NCBI GenBank assembly: GCA_048213135.1
Contig: PS015600.1
Location: 9,972 to 53,276, forward strand
Reading direction: 5' to 3'
DNA: 43,305 bases
Source of the DNA: Reclinomonas americana ATCC 50394
Taxonomy: Eukaryota
Position 1 is the first letter of the stretch. Each line of letters starts with the position of its first letter. This document shows, in pieces, positions 21,401-33,319 of this stretch. The notes beneath the pieces were generated by a model. It saw only the letters and a program-made list of their open reading frames with translations. It searched no databases and was not told the origin of the DNA. The translations under genes and the position numbers were made by a program.

Positions 21401-24400
21401 CTTTGTAATCACCTTGCCCTGTGTGCGACTGTTCTTCTGTGAGATGCCACTCGCCCCTCTCGTGATTCCTGCTTTCTTTCCGTCAAACCTCTCTGCTCTT
21501 GTGTCTATTTCATCTCGCTTGCTTCGCCGCTCTTCCTGCACGCAATGCTCCAGAGACTCTCAAGCAGTTATTTCGTGCATTCCTCTTGCATCTGTCTGGT
21601 CTCCTTTGGCACACTTTTCGCCTGTGGTCTGCTCTGATGCGCCAGTCATCTTTGTTCTGGTTTGATGTCGTGCGACACTTCATTTACTCTCTTCTGCATC
21701 GGTGCTGTGCTCGTCTTGCCTGCATTCTTCCTTTCCTCCTCTTTTCCTGCATCCACGCATTCTCCTTATCTTGCATTCTTCTCTTCCCTGCATCCATGCC
21801 GTCCTCCTGTTTCCAACATTTACGCATTCTCCTTACTTGCATCCACGCAATCTCCTCTATTCTGCATTCGTTTCCTCCTCTTTCCCGCATTCACGTATTC
21901 TTCTCTTACCTGCATGCGTGCCTTCTCGTGTTACCTTCCCCCGCAAGCATACCTTCTCATTCCTACGTCCGCGCTTTCTCTGCATTTACGCTTTCCTTCT
22001 GTTTTCTGCATGCAGTTTTCCTCCTCCTCTTCTTGAACAGAGCGGTTGTCCACTTATCTGCATCCACGCCTCTGTTGGCTTTCTTGCATTCACACATTTC
22101 TTCTCTTCTTTTTACATTCATGCTTTTTCCTCATTCCTTCCTCCGCAGAACATTCCTCCTTTTTCCTGCATTCACGCATTGTTCTCTTTCTTGTGTTCAC
22201 GTTTCCTCTGCGTTCTTGCGTGCACACATTCTTCTCTTTATTGCGTTCACATTTTTCTTCTCTTTCTTGCATCCACGAATCCTCCTCTTTCCTGCAACCA
22301 CTGTTCCTCCTCTTTTTCCTGCATTCACGCTGTACTCCTCTTTCTTGTATTCGCGCATTCCTCTCTTTCCTGCACTCACCCTTTCCATCCTCCTTCCTGC
22401 ATCCACGCCTTCCTCCTTCAGCATTCCTTTTCTTCCCAACATTCACCCTCTCCTCCCCTCTTCTTCCCCCCATCCAGAGCACTCCTCAGTGGCCTACGCC
22501 GCCACTCTGCCGAGCACCGACGCCTTCATGTCCACTTGCCTGTCTGTCGGCAGTGCCATCCTCGCACACTTCCGGAGCGGCGACGATTTGCGCAGGTGAC
22601 CAACCGTAAGATTCTCTCTCGAGTGGTGACCTGCCATCATGCTCACCACTGTGACACAGGAGGTTACTCGGCACGGCAACGTCGCACACCGAAGCATCGC
22701 TGGTGGTCGACTTGCGACGCTTCATGTGCGCGCAGGCGTCGCGCATCAACTCGGTGGCAGTGTGGGAGACGCTGCTAACCAACGGCGACTTTCGGCGAGT
22801 CGACGAAGACGCCACGCAGTACACCATGGCACTGCTGGCCGAGTGTGTGCCGTCGTCGGAGGCATCGCAGCCGGAGCACTGGGCCCCACTGCTGATGTCG
22901 CACTCGGTGTTGCACGATGCCACTGTAAGAGTTGCGTCCGGTGTGCGACCTTGATTTCTTGTGGCATGTGTTGGTTGCTCACCGAATGGCGCACAGCGAT
23001 TTGTGGAGGATACGCTATTGTCGCGTTTCGGTGATGCTGGGGCCATCTCGGCCGCGCTGCAACACGTGCGACAGTGCGATGCGTCACCGGTGCGTGAGCC
23101 ACGCAAACAAAGGTGGAAGATTTTGTGTCAACTGCGTTCTCATGATTTTCTCTTGTTACAGGGTCCACGAATCGCGGCGATTTACCCATCTGTGGTGCAC
23201 TCGGGCGACATGCTGAGTCAAATGGTACGGAGTTGCTGGTGCTCTCCCCCCTTCTCCTTCTCTTCATATTGATTGTGACTGTGCTTGTTAGGGACGATTC
23301 GATGTCGCCAACGATGTCTTTAAAGCCGTGCTGAGTGACGAAGCACGGGCAAGCGATCGCGCCACGCAACTGCGCCTGGTCGTGACCTCGCTGCAGCAAC
23401 TGCAAATGGCAGAGGTGAGGGCGGCGCTGTGCTTGCCTGCTGTTTGCTTTGTGCTCACATTTCTCATCCCTCCCCGCCCAGCAACGTTCTGCATCGTCCC
23501 TGAACGACGTGGTCGTGGCACTGTTTACGCTGCTGGAGCATCCGGAAACACCGGCACTCGAATATTACGTTCGTCGTCCCCCCCATGCTTGTTCCCTCGC
23601 GTTTGCATCTCACTGTGCGCCTCCGGCAGCTGGAAACTGCCTGTGCGCTCGTCAACATGGGTGAATTCGGTCATGCTCGTCAGCTGTGTGAGGCCACGCA
23701 CATGTGGGCACAGCGGCGTCTCCCCATGCTTCGCGGGATGTCGGGCGAATCACACAGTTGCGTGAGAAGGGAGGAAGAGGAGGCGTGGTTGATTATCCGC
23801 TTTCCGTGTCGTGGTTGATTTCTGTCCGCGACAAGCGTTTGCTTTCTCTCTCTCCTGCGGCCGATTCTCTCCTTCATCTCCTTCTCTCACGCACACATGC
23901 ACACCCTCGATTCTGTCAATAATTTGCACATCCTCATCAGCCCAAGCACGAGTCTGCAGTCTGATTCTGCAATCCAGCGCTCTGTCCTTGTTTGTGCGAG
24001 TGAGAAGAAAGAAAGAAAGGAGGCGTATCGGTTGAGTGCTCTATTCACCTGCTTCGCACAGTCTGTCTCCAGTTTTGCACTGCGGAACCCATTTACCCTT
24101 ATGTGAGAAAGAGGAGGCGTAGCAGTTGGGTGCTCTGTTCACCTTCTATGTTGCAATCTGTCTCCTGATTAGCGCTGTGGAATCCATGTGCCCAAGCGGG
24201 GAGAAAATGAGGAGATGCATCAGATGAGTGCTCTATTCTCTCCTACTTTGTGCCGCCGTTGAACCCACTTGTTCTCGGGAAGGCAAGAGAGAGAGAAGAG
24301 GCTGCTTAGTGGTTGTTCTTCTGCTGTGTGGCAGTCTGTAACCCTTCTTTCCTGGTTAACCCACTTCTCCATTGAGAGAGAGAGAGAAAAGATAGGCGAC

Positions 24401-26066
24401 TTGCTCTCTCTTCCCCGGATTGTGCTCTCACCTCTTTCCTGCGCCGCACAGGCGAAGTGTGGAAACTGGAAGGCTGCATGCAGTTCGTGCGGCTGCTGGG
24501 CCCGCTGATGTCCAGTCTGGGTCTGTGGTGCGAGGTGATGCGCAGTGCACTTGGTGAGTCTCGCTGCACACTCGTCGCAGCGATGGTATCGTCTGACCTG
24601 CGGTAATCTATCGACAGGCGGAGATGGTGTGGTAACGCAACCGTGTGTTGCCGCGCTGCATGACTTTTTCCGTGCCATTCCACCGGCGTTCTTGTACTTT
24701 GCGGATGAGGTTCGTCGTGGACGGTCGGGGGCACCAGGAGCGGTGTGTTTGCTCATGACCTGCCTCTTTCCCGCGCAGAATGCGGACCTGTTTGAGCAGT
24801 CGTGGACTCGATTGCTGCGCTCGTGGACCGACAGACCGTCGATGGAGATGCTGGCCATGACGCTGGCGGCTCCGTACTGTGTCTCGCGGCGGAACGACGT
24901 GTCGATGCCGGGGACTCCTATTCAGTTGGAGAGCATGCCGCGTGCGTCGCGGTGCTTGCGACTCGACGCCGTCGATCTGAGTGCCATGTCTGTGCGGTAC
25001 GTCTGTCGTTCCGTTGTCGGTGGTGTGTCGATGAGCCTGTTTTTTTGCTGGACATCATCTTTTGCACGATACATCACTGCCGCCACCTCTGCTATCATCC
25101 CTATACCTGTCTCCATTCTCATTAGCTCACCTCCTTCCGCCCCATTCTTCTTTCCTCTCCGAACTTGTCCGTGCTCGCAGACCGACGGCGGAACAGGTCG
25201 ATGCCGCACTGCAAATGGGTGAGGTGGTGTCGGCTGGAGACAGGGATCCGGCACGCGATGCATTTGTGCTCTCCATGTTGCGCTTTGTGGCACTGCGATG
25301 GCTGGACTTGGAGCCAGTGTCGCCCGCCGTGTGTCGTCTGGTGGCCGACGTGTCGTTCGAGGCCAAGCAGCACCGTGAGTGCCTCAGGTGCGCTGTGTAT
25401 TGGACACAGGCGTTGCGTTTGTTTGTTTTTATTCGTTGCCTCACGGCGGACCGTGCGACAGGTACCACTTGCAATCGCTGGAGTTGTCCACTGTCAATTT
25501 CACGGATGCCGGCGCCCTCAAGCTCGAACCCCGCGCCGTGCGACAGTTGATCGACTCTCTCGTGCAACTGCGAGGTACGCGGATCTGTGTTGCTCTCTCC
25601 GTCTTCTTCTCGTATCTCACAAAATCGCAAAGGCATGATGCCTGCCATTGTGCTGTGCCAGTTTGATGAGCCGCCCGACTTTTCGGCGGCGTTCGCCATG
25701 TGTCACCGCGCCTTGGAGGTGAGGGGTGTTGCCTGTGGTGTCTGGAGAGGATGAACACTGACAATTGGTGGCGTGCAGCTGCTTGATGTGGAGTTTTTCG
25801 AGTATGTGTGGGAGATGCCGATCTTGGAGATTCTCATCCGTTGCGTTGCGAGTGGTGTGCGCACGCACAGTCTTCCTTTCGTCTCACCAGAGGGAAATGC
25901 AGATCTGTACACATTGCGAGGAGATACTACGCACGCGGCGCGTCTGACAGTGTTTGTGGAGTCGCCCGAGTTGAACATTCACAATGCGCCGTCGGTGAGG
26001 AGGCGCATGATTGAGAGGAGGAAGATGGCGTTTTTGCAGAGATTGGCGGGGTTGGTGGTGGAGTGA
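18473..26066 (+). CDS. INTS8: Integrator complex subunit 8 (multi-exon, spans one gap)
   Basis: The spliced C-terminus AIVLCQFDEPPDFSAAF...FFEYVWEMPILEILIHLYTLRGD...PELNIHNAPSVRRRMIERRKMAFLQRLA matches the INTS8 C-terminus as recalled (ILCQF..DY..AF..YIWD..ILE.L.YL...RGE..ELN..N......RRK..FLQ.MA). DLGEYHFF and ACALVNMGEF occur upstream. The start codon (18473 or 18491) is uncertain. Confidence 0.85.
20684..21143 (+). repeat. Intronic tandem repeat, three ~130-170-nt copies
   Basis: gNcgagtNgaa..aNgtaNtcagtgNgcag...gtgtgtgaaagagaga...gccaggag...gctcatgcgtgtg starts at ~20684, 20845 and 21017. Confidence 0.9.
21720..22445 (+). repeat. Degenerate pyrimidine-rich minisatellite (cctgcatYcacgc core) in an INTS8 intron
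   Basis: Many recurrences of tgcatYcacgc separated by CT-rich spacers. Confidence 0.8.
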
Positions 26067-26394
26067 AGGGTGAGAGGTGAAAGGTAAATAAGTATGGTGG
26101 CACTCGAGGGGTTCGCTTCACGCTGTTGGTGCAGGAACACCGCAATCGATGTCACCAAATGTAATCTTCCCACGGTATGTCCGACATCTTTGTTCTCACC
26201 TCCCCTGGCAACTCATATCCTCACCGCCCTTCTCCTTCGCTCCTGCTCCCCCCACTTCTTCCGTATTCTCCAGTGAGGACCTTGTGGCGTCGAGGGTCTA
26301 TTTTCTGACTTTTTGGCGGATTGGCGTGATTGCCCGAATCCGCCAGAAAAAATGTTGTCGCTCACCACACTCCTTTATCATCACTCAGCGAGCC

Positions 26395-27663
26395 ATGACC
26401 GACGTCGAGCAGCAACCACTGCCTCTCACCGCGCAGACTGCGCGGGACAGTGAGGCTGAGTTTCGTGGCATCCTCCACCGCCATCAGCGAGCCTTGGCCA
26501 TGTACAATGCGGAGCGGTACGCCCCGGCGGCGGAAGCCTTTGCCAGCTGCACTCGCGACTTTGCTGCTCTGCGTGGCGATGACTTTGAGTGGACTTTGTC
26601 GGCCATGCAGAGCCACGCGGCCGCCCTGGCGTGTCTGGGTGACAATCGAGACGCGCTGTCTATTTACAGGACAACCATTGAGCGCAGCCGGCGCTCTCGC
26701 GGCGTGGAGCATTCGGTCACGCTGCAGGCCACCGGCGACATGTGCAACGTCATGCTGCGGCTGCATCTGAACAACGAGGCCATTGCTCTGCTGCGCGATG
26801 CCAACCAGCGACTGGAGCGCACCACGTCGACCACTGACCGCCAGGTGCTCGGCAACATGGCCATGCTCGCCAAGGCGCTGGGCGATATTGGCATCCACGA
26901 CGAAGCGGCGCAGGTGCACCGCGACCTCCTCCAGCGCCACCGAGGAACTGGTCGGGGGCGCGACAGCTCTGAGGCACTGAAGGCGGCTCTTGACTTTGGC
27001 AAGTTCTTGTGCGGTGTCGGAGGATTGGAGCGCCTTACCGAGGCAGTCAGCATTTTGGAAGACACGCTCCAACGCCTTCGCCGCCTCCGCGGACACGGCC
27101 ACTCGGAGACACTCTTGGCCGCCTCGTGGCTGGGCGAGGCGCTGCGTGTACTAGGTCGACATGGCGAGGCGATCGAGCTTCTGCGGGACACGCACACCCG
27201 ACTGCAAGCTTCCAACAGCAGCTTCAACTTGTTCGGCGATGACGACGAGGAGGGGGAGGCCGTTGCGTCTGAAGCCTCGTTGCTCGTCCTCCACCGTTTG
27301 GCGCAAACACTGGCCGACAGCGGCGCCCACAACCAGCGAGAAGCTATTGCGATGTTCCGCACCGTCGTCGCTGACCGCACGCGAGTGCTGCCGGATGGGC
27401 GCGACAACCCTGCCACACTTGCCAGCGCACACTGCCTGGCTCGCGCACTTGTGCACAGTGCCGATGCCGACAACGTTCGCGAGGCAGTGGGCATCCTGGA
27501 GGACACGCTCGTCAGGCGCCGGCAGCTGCTTGGTTACTACAGCGCGGACACACTGGAGACTGAGGCAGCGCTGAGACAAGCGCGCACGACCCTGGCTGTC
27601 TCGGACGATGCACGCGAGAGACCGAGAATTGCTGACGAGGCGGTGGATGAGGTGGAAGGTTAG
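26395..27663 (+). CDS. Intronless tetratricopeptide repeat protein (42-aa TPR_10/12, kinesin-light-chain/NB-ARC-associated type), 422 aa
   Basis: Single ORF from ATG 26395 to TAG 27663. Repeats have HPxTL-like caps: GVEHSVTLQA, GHGHSETLLAASWLGEALRVLGRHGEAIELL, GRDNPATLASAHCLA, LGYYSADTLET. Confidence 0.88.
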   Translation: MTDVEQQPLPLTAQTARDSEAEFRGILHRHQRALAMYNAERYAPAAEAFASCTRDFAALRGDDFEWTLSAMQSHAAALACLGDNRDALSIYRTTIERSRRSRGVEHSVTLQATGDMCNVMLRLHLNNEAIALLRDANQRLERTTSTTDRQVLGNMAMLAKALGDIGIHDEAAQVHRDLLQRHRGTGRGRDSSEALKAALDFGKFLCGVGGLERLTEAVSILEDTLQRLRRLRGHGHSETLLAASWLGEALRVLGRHGEAIELLRDTHTRLQASNSSFNLFGDDDEEGEAVASEASLLVLHRLAQTLADSGAHNQREAIAMFRTVVADRTRVLPDGRDNPATLASAHCLARALVHSADADNVREAVGILEDTLVRRRQLLGYYSADTLETEAALRQARTTLAVSDDARERPRIADEAVDEVEG

Positions 27664-28260
27664 TGATGCCATTTCCCCAAAACAGGTGGCAGATTCGATA
27701 TCAGTTTTGCTCACTTATTTTTCTGTTTGTTGCAGGGGAGAGCCGACGACTAATGAGCGTCTTCGCGGCCATGGAGTTTGATGAGTAACAGCGAGAGTAC
27801 GTAATACACAGCAACAGAACTACTGGACTGTGAGTGCATGCGGCGGAATGGACCATTTTGCGCACTCGCGGCCGCACTGCATCCGGCCCGTTTTGCAGCG
27901 GCCTCCCTGTTGTCAACAAGACCCTATGAGCGCTCCAGCTGCGCAGCGAGTGCTGTCGATAGCACGGAGATGTGCTTGCCTCCGTGTGACGCCCAGTCGC
28001 AGAAAACTACAGGCTTGTTGAATCATTGCTGGTCGAAATCGAACTCGGGCAGCTGAACTGCGATCTGCACCGCATGAAGCGTGAATGGACCTCGATCAGG
28101 AGCCAGCTGTTTCCGCTGAAAGCCCCGCTGGCCGTTGTTTCTCTTGCAGATTTTCGAAACGCCAGCGCGTAACACGTCAACTTTCTCTCGCTTCCGCGCG
28201 ATGTCACAGTTTCCGACGCTCACTCGAGCTCACGATGATGATGCAGCTGTGTCGCTCTTG

Positions 28261-28341
28261 CTGCTGCCTCAAGATTGGTGTCTGTGTTGATGTTTTGGAT
28301 ACGATTGAACCTGGTCATCAAGACAGCTGTTGCTTGTTTGT
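28261..28341 (+). repeat. Dispersed intergenic repeat, copy 2
   Basis: Aligns closely with 15139-15221. Confidence 0.8.
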
Positions 28342-28790
28342 TGGTGAATGAATTGTTGTTGTTGTTGCAACGTTGCATTGCTCGTTCCAAGATTCCCAAA
28401 ACCAGCTAGCAGGCTCGACATTGCCGAAATTTCCACGCAGAATCTTCTCGACAACGCACGCAACGCACGCATCGCCACCACCTTCTCACACACACGAGCA
28501 GTGCGGGTGCAGCATAGAAAGGAGCAATAACACCAACACCNNNNNNNNNNNNNNNNNNNNNNNNNNNNNNNNNNNNNNNNNNNNNNNNNNNNNNNNNNNN
28601 NNNNNNNNNNNNNNNNNNNNNNNNNNNNNNNNNNNNNNNNNNNNNNNNNNNNNNNNNNNNNNNNNNNNNNNNNNNNNNNNNNNNNNNNNNNNNNNNNNNN
28701 NNNNNNNNNNNNNNNNNNNNNNNNNNNNNNNNNNNNNNNNNNNNNNNNNNNNNNNNNNNNNAACAAACGCGCAAGAAAAGTGGGGAAATA

Positions 28791-29052
28791 ATGGCCGCGA
28801 GTGACGCACTGTCACAGTGGCCATCGCCACAGTCGCCCGCCCCACTTTTATCACCCGCGACAACCACAACAACAACAGCAACAGCGCAACAAGGCAGTAT
28901 GTTAACTGCCAGTGATAATGTGGATCATTGTGATGATGAGGTGGAGGAGGTGAAAGGGGAGGAGAAGCACGCGGGAGCCAGTAGTCAAGAGCCTCAATCG
29001 TCGTCTTCAGCGGGATTGTGCTTGGAGTGCTCAGGGCCGAATAGCAATCAAC
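28791..29052 (+). CDS. Candidate first exon of the downstream LRR-phosphatase gene (low-complexity N-terminus)
   Basis: ATG 28791 opens MAASDALSQWPSPQSPAP...SNQL, followed by a gtatgc donor and TG/GA-repeat intron-like sequence. Linkage across the gap is unproven. Confidence 0.4.
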
Positions 29053-30945
29053 TGTATGCGCATGTTGCGTGGATGATGATGATGTGTGTGTGTGTGAGAG
29101 AGAGACACAGGGAGAGATTTGTGCAGCAGTGAGGTCATGTGCATGTGAAGATGAGCTTTGTTTGTTTGTGTGTGTGAGGCGGGAGAGATGAGAGGGAGAG
29201 AGTGCGTGTGTGTGTGCGTCAATGGCGAAGGGAGAGCAGTGTGAGCACGAGCATTTCCGTGTGTCTCGTCGGTCAGGGAGATGAGTAATCGCTCTCTCTC
29301 TCTCACACACTCTCTCACACGCGTGCTCTATGCGTTCGTTTGTGCGTTTGTTGGGAAGAGTGAGACTTGAGTGTCTGTTATGTACGAGCGATCACCTGTC
29401 TCGTTGTGTAGCATCGCGAAGATTGCTGCTGCCACTGCTACTCTCTCTCTCTCNNNNNNNNNNNNNNNNNNNNNNNNNNNNNNNNNNNNNNNNNNNNNNN
29501 NNNNNNNNNNNNNNNNNNNNNNNNNNNNNNNNNNNNNNNNNNNNNNNNNNNNNNNNNNNNNNNNNNNNNNNNNNNNNNNNNNNNNNNNNNNNNNNNNNNN
29601 NNNNNNNNNNNNNNNNNNNNNNNNNNNNNNNNNNNNNNNNNNNNNNNNNNNNNNNNNNNNNNNNNNNNNNNNNNNNNNNNNNNNNNNNNNNNNNNNNNNN
29701 NNNNNNNNNNNNNNNNNNNNNNNNNNNNNNNNNNNNNNNNNNNNNNNNNNNNNNNNNNNNNNNNNNNNNNNNNNNNNNNNNNNNNNNNNNNNNNNNNNNN
29801 NNNNNNNNNNNNNNNNNNNNNNNNNNNNNNNNNNNNNNNNNNNNNNNNNNNNNNNNNNNNNNNNNNNNNNNNNNNNNNNNNNNNNNNNNNNNNNNNNNNN
29901 NNNNNNNNNNNNNNNNNNNNNNNNNNNNNNNNNNNNNNNNNNNNNNNNNNNNNNNNNNNNNNNNNNNNNNNNNNNNNNNNNNNNNNNNNNNNNNNNNNNN
30001 NNNNNNNNNNNNNNNNNNNNNNNNNNNNNNNNNNNNNNNNNNNNNNNNNNNNNNNNNNNNNNNNNNNNNNNNNNNNNNNNNNNNNNNNNNNNNNNNNNNN
30101 NNNNNNNNNNNNNNNNNNNNNNNNNNNNNNNNNNNNNNNNNNNNNNNNNNNNNNNNNNNNNNNNNNNNNNNNNNNNNNNNNNNNNNNNNNNNNNNNNNNN
30201 NNNNNNNNNNNNNNNNNNNNNNNNNNNNNNNNNNNNNNNNNNNNNNNNNNNNNNNNNNNNNNNNNNNNNNNNNNNNNNNNNNNNNNNNNNNNNNNNNNNN
30301 NNNNNNNNNNNNNNNTCTGTTGCTCCTCGTCTCTGTTGAGTCCACTGCAGATCGACGATTGCCTTTTGCACACCGACACTCTCCCTCTCTCTCCCTCTAT
30401 TTGCGCGTGTGACGTGGAGTTTGCTCCTCGTCTCTGTGTGGAGTCCACTGCAGAATCGGCGACATTTGCTCGCCGACACTCTTTCCCTCTCTCTCACTCT
30501 TTCACTGTGCGTGTCTCGTTGTGAATTGACGTGGAGTGTGCACCTCGTCGTCTCTGTGTGCGGCTTGCAGTCTCCTCCTCCTCTGGCACATTCATGGTTC
30601 CGCTTTCTCTCTCTGCGTTCGTGTGTGCGTCTGTCGAACAGGGAGACTTGCGTATACTTCAGTGTCTCATTGCAGATTGGAGCCTGCTTCTGTGAGGAGA
30701 GAAGCGTCGTTTGGAACTCTTTCTCTTTCTCACTCCCTGGTTATTGTTGAAGTGCGATCACATCTGTGTGTAGAGTCTTCTTCTGCGCGTTAGGCGACTG
30801 TCTGTTGGTCAGTGTCTACGTGCACTTGCTTGCTGGTACTCTTTGCTCTTGCGTGTGGATTGCTGCTCATTCGTCCACTGGAACGCTCGTTCTCCATCCT
30901 TCCTTCCGTCGCCTGAGTTCTGTCGTTTCTTTTCCTGGATCTCTT

Positions 30946-30999
<54 letters not shown>

Positions 31000-31278
31000 G
31001 AACGCTGTCTATTTTCCACTGCTGCGTCGCTCTCCATCCTACCTTCCATTGCCGAAGTTCTGCGTTTCCTCAGTCGTTGTACTCAGTGGATCATTCTTTC
31101 TCTCCGTCTTGGGAACGCTGTCTACTGCTTCGTTCACTATCTCACTTTCTGTTATTCAAGCTCTGCGTTTCCTTGCCTTCTAGTCCTCGCTCTTTCTTCA
31201 TCTCTGAGTGCTCAAGAATTGAAAATCCACCCGCCTCACTTTTCCTCCTTCCCCCCTTGTACCCCCTTTCCCCCACAG

Positions 31279-33288
31279 CGCGACCGCTGGTCCCAAGTCG
31301 TCTTCCTTGACGTCTCCCGCACGCGCCCCTCCGACCTCCCGCCAAGCTTCGTGTTTGACCGCATGCCACAAATGAGCGTGCTGTCGATGGCCGAGTGCGC
31401 GCTGCGGGCGTATCCCAATCAAATTGGTACGCTTACTTGTCGCCGCCTCCATTCCTCTCCTCTCCTCTCCTCTCCTCTCTATGCTGACACTCGACGCGTA
31501 GCATCACTGGAGAACCTGGAGGCGCTCGACCTGTCACACAATCACCTGGAACAAATCACCGCCGAGGACCTCGGCACACTGCGCAGTCTGCGTGTGCTGA
31601 ATCTGGCCGACAATCGCCTCCGGAGGCTCGAGGTGCCGCGATACGGGCCCTCGGGTAGCAGCGACTCGTCGCCACCGGCGTCGGCGGCCGCGGCGATGGA
31701 CGGCGGCGGAGTGCGCAAGCACGGTCGCATGATGGAGGTGCAGAAAATGTTGCCAGTGTCGGACAGTGGCGCGGTGGCAGCGACGACTCCATCGGCGTCG
31801 GTGGCGGGCAAGGGTGAACCGGCCAGTCGTCGTCGTCTGTTCTTGGTGGAAAATCTACCCGAGGGCCTCTCTCCGCACGGCCTCGTGGTGCTTGTACTGA
31901 AGGGCAACGAACAACTCGGCGTCNNNNNNNNNNNNNNNNNNNNNNNNNNNNNNNNNNNNNNNNNNNNNNNNNNNNNNNNNNNNNNNNNNNNNNNNNNNNN
32001 NNNNNNNNNNNNNNNNNNNNNNNNNNNNNNNNNNNNNNNNNNNNNNNNNNNNNNNNNNNNNNNNNNNNNNNNNNNNNNNNNNNNNNNNNNNNNNNNNNNN
32101 NNNNNNNNNNNNNNNNNNNNNNNNNNNNNNNNNNNNNNNNNNNNNNNNNNNNNNNNNNNNNNNNNNNNNNNNNNNNNNNNNNNNNNNNNNNNNNNNNNNN
32201 NNNNNNNNNNNNNNNNNNNNNNNNNNNNNNNNNNNNNNNNNNNNNNNNNNNNNNNNNNNNNNNNNNNNNNNNNNNNNNNNNNNNNNNNNNNNNNNNNNNN
32301 NNNNNNNNNNNNNNNNNNNNNNNNNNNNNNNNNNNNNNNNNNNNNNNNNNNNNNNNNNNNNNNNNNNNNNNNNNNNNNNNNNNNNNNNNNNNNNNNNNNN
32401 NNNNNNNNNNNNNNNNNNNNNNNNNNNNNNNNNNNNNNNNNNNNNNNNNNNNNNNNNNNNNNNNNNNNNNNNNNNNNNNNNNNNNNNNNNNNNNNNNNNN
32501 NNNNNNNNNNNNNNNNNNNNNNNNNNNNNNNNNNNNNNNNNNNNNNNNNNNNNNNNNNNNNNNNNNNNNNNNNNNNNNNNNNNNNNNNNNNNNNNNNNNN
32601 NNNNNNNNNNNNNNNNNNNNNNNNNNNNNNNNNNNNNNNNNNNNNNNNNNNNNNNNNNNNNNNNNNNNNNNNNNNNNNNNNNNNNNNNNNNNNNNNNNNN
32701 NNNNNNNNNNNNNNNNNNNNNNNNNNNNNNNNNNNNNNNNNNNNNNNNNNNNNNNNNNNNNNNNNNNNNNNNNNNNNNNNNNNNNNNNNNNNNNNNNNNN
32801 NNNNNNNNNNNNNNNNNNNNNNNNNNNNNNNNNNNNNNNNNNNNNNNNNNNNNNNNNNNNNNNNNNNNNNNNNNNNNNNNNNGGGAGTGGTAGTGGTGGC
32901 GGCGGTGCCTACCGCGCCAACTCGCCGTTCTCTTCGCCGCTGCAGTCGCCACTCGATTCCATGTCCGGGTCGACGCCGTCGGATCGCAGCTCGTCGCCGT
33001 CGTCGTCGGAGAACGAGTCCGAGTCCGACGACGACATGCACTTGGGTGCGATTGTCAGTCTCGGACCCGGCTCGTCACCACGTCGCGTACTGTCGACTAC
33101 AGCACCCACCTCCGCCAACATGTCACTGGCCTCGCTGGCGGCGCGTGGCACCAGTGGCACCTCGCCATCCATTGCCGCACTGGCCGCACGCGGTGCTTCG
33201 CCGTCGTCCCTTCCGCGCCAGTCGCTGGCGTCGCAGGCGGCGCGTGGTGGAACCACACCAACAACAGAGACCGCAGCAGCGCCCGATG

Positions 33289-33319
<31 letters not shown>

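Noticed and set aside
18569-22937. Further GTT-type donor candidates at 18569 (GTTGTGT) and 22931 (GTTGCGT)
   Set aside because: Same-phase conventional donors lie a few bases away (GTGTGA, GTAAGA), so they were not counted as evidence.
9722-26066. Functional cluster of RNA-processing genes (TruB, SLX9, INTS8)
   Set aside because: They act in different pathways, have mixed orientation and an unrelated gene lies between them. Chance is sufficient without synteny data.
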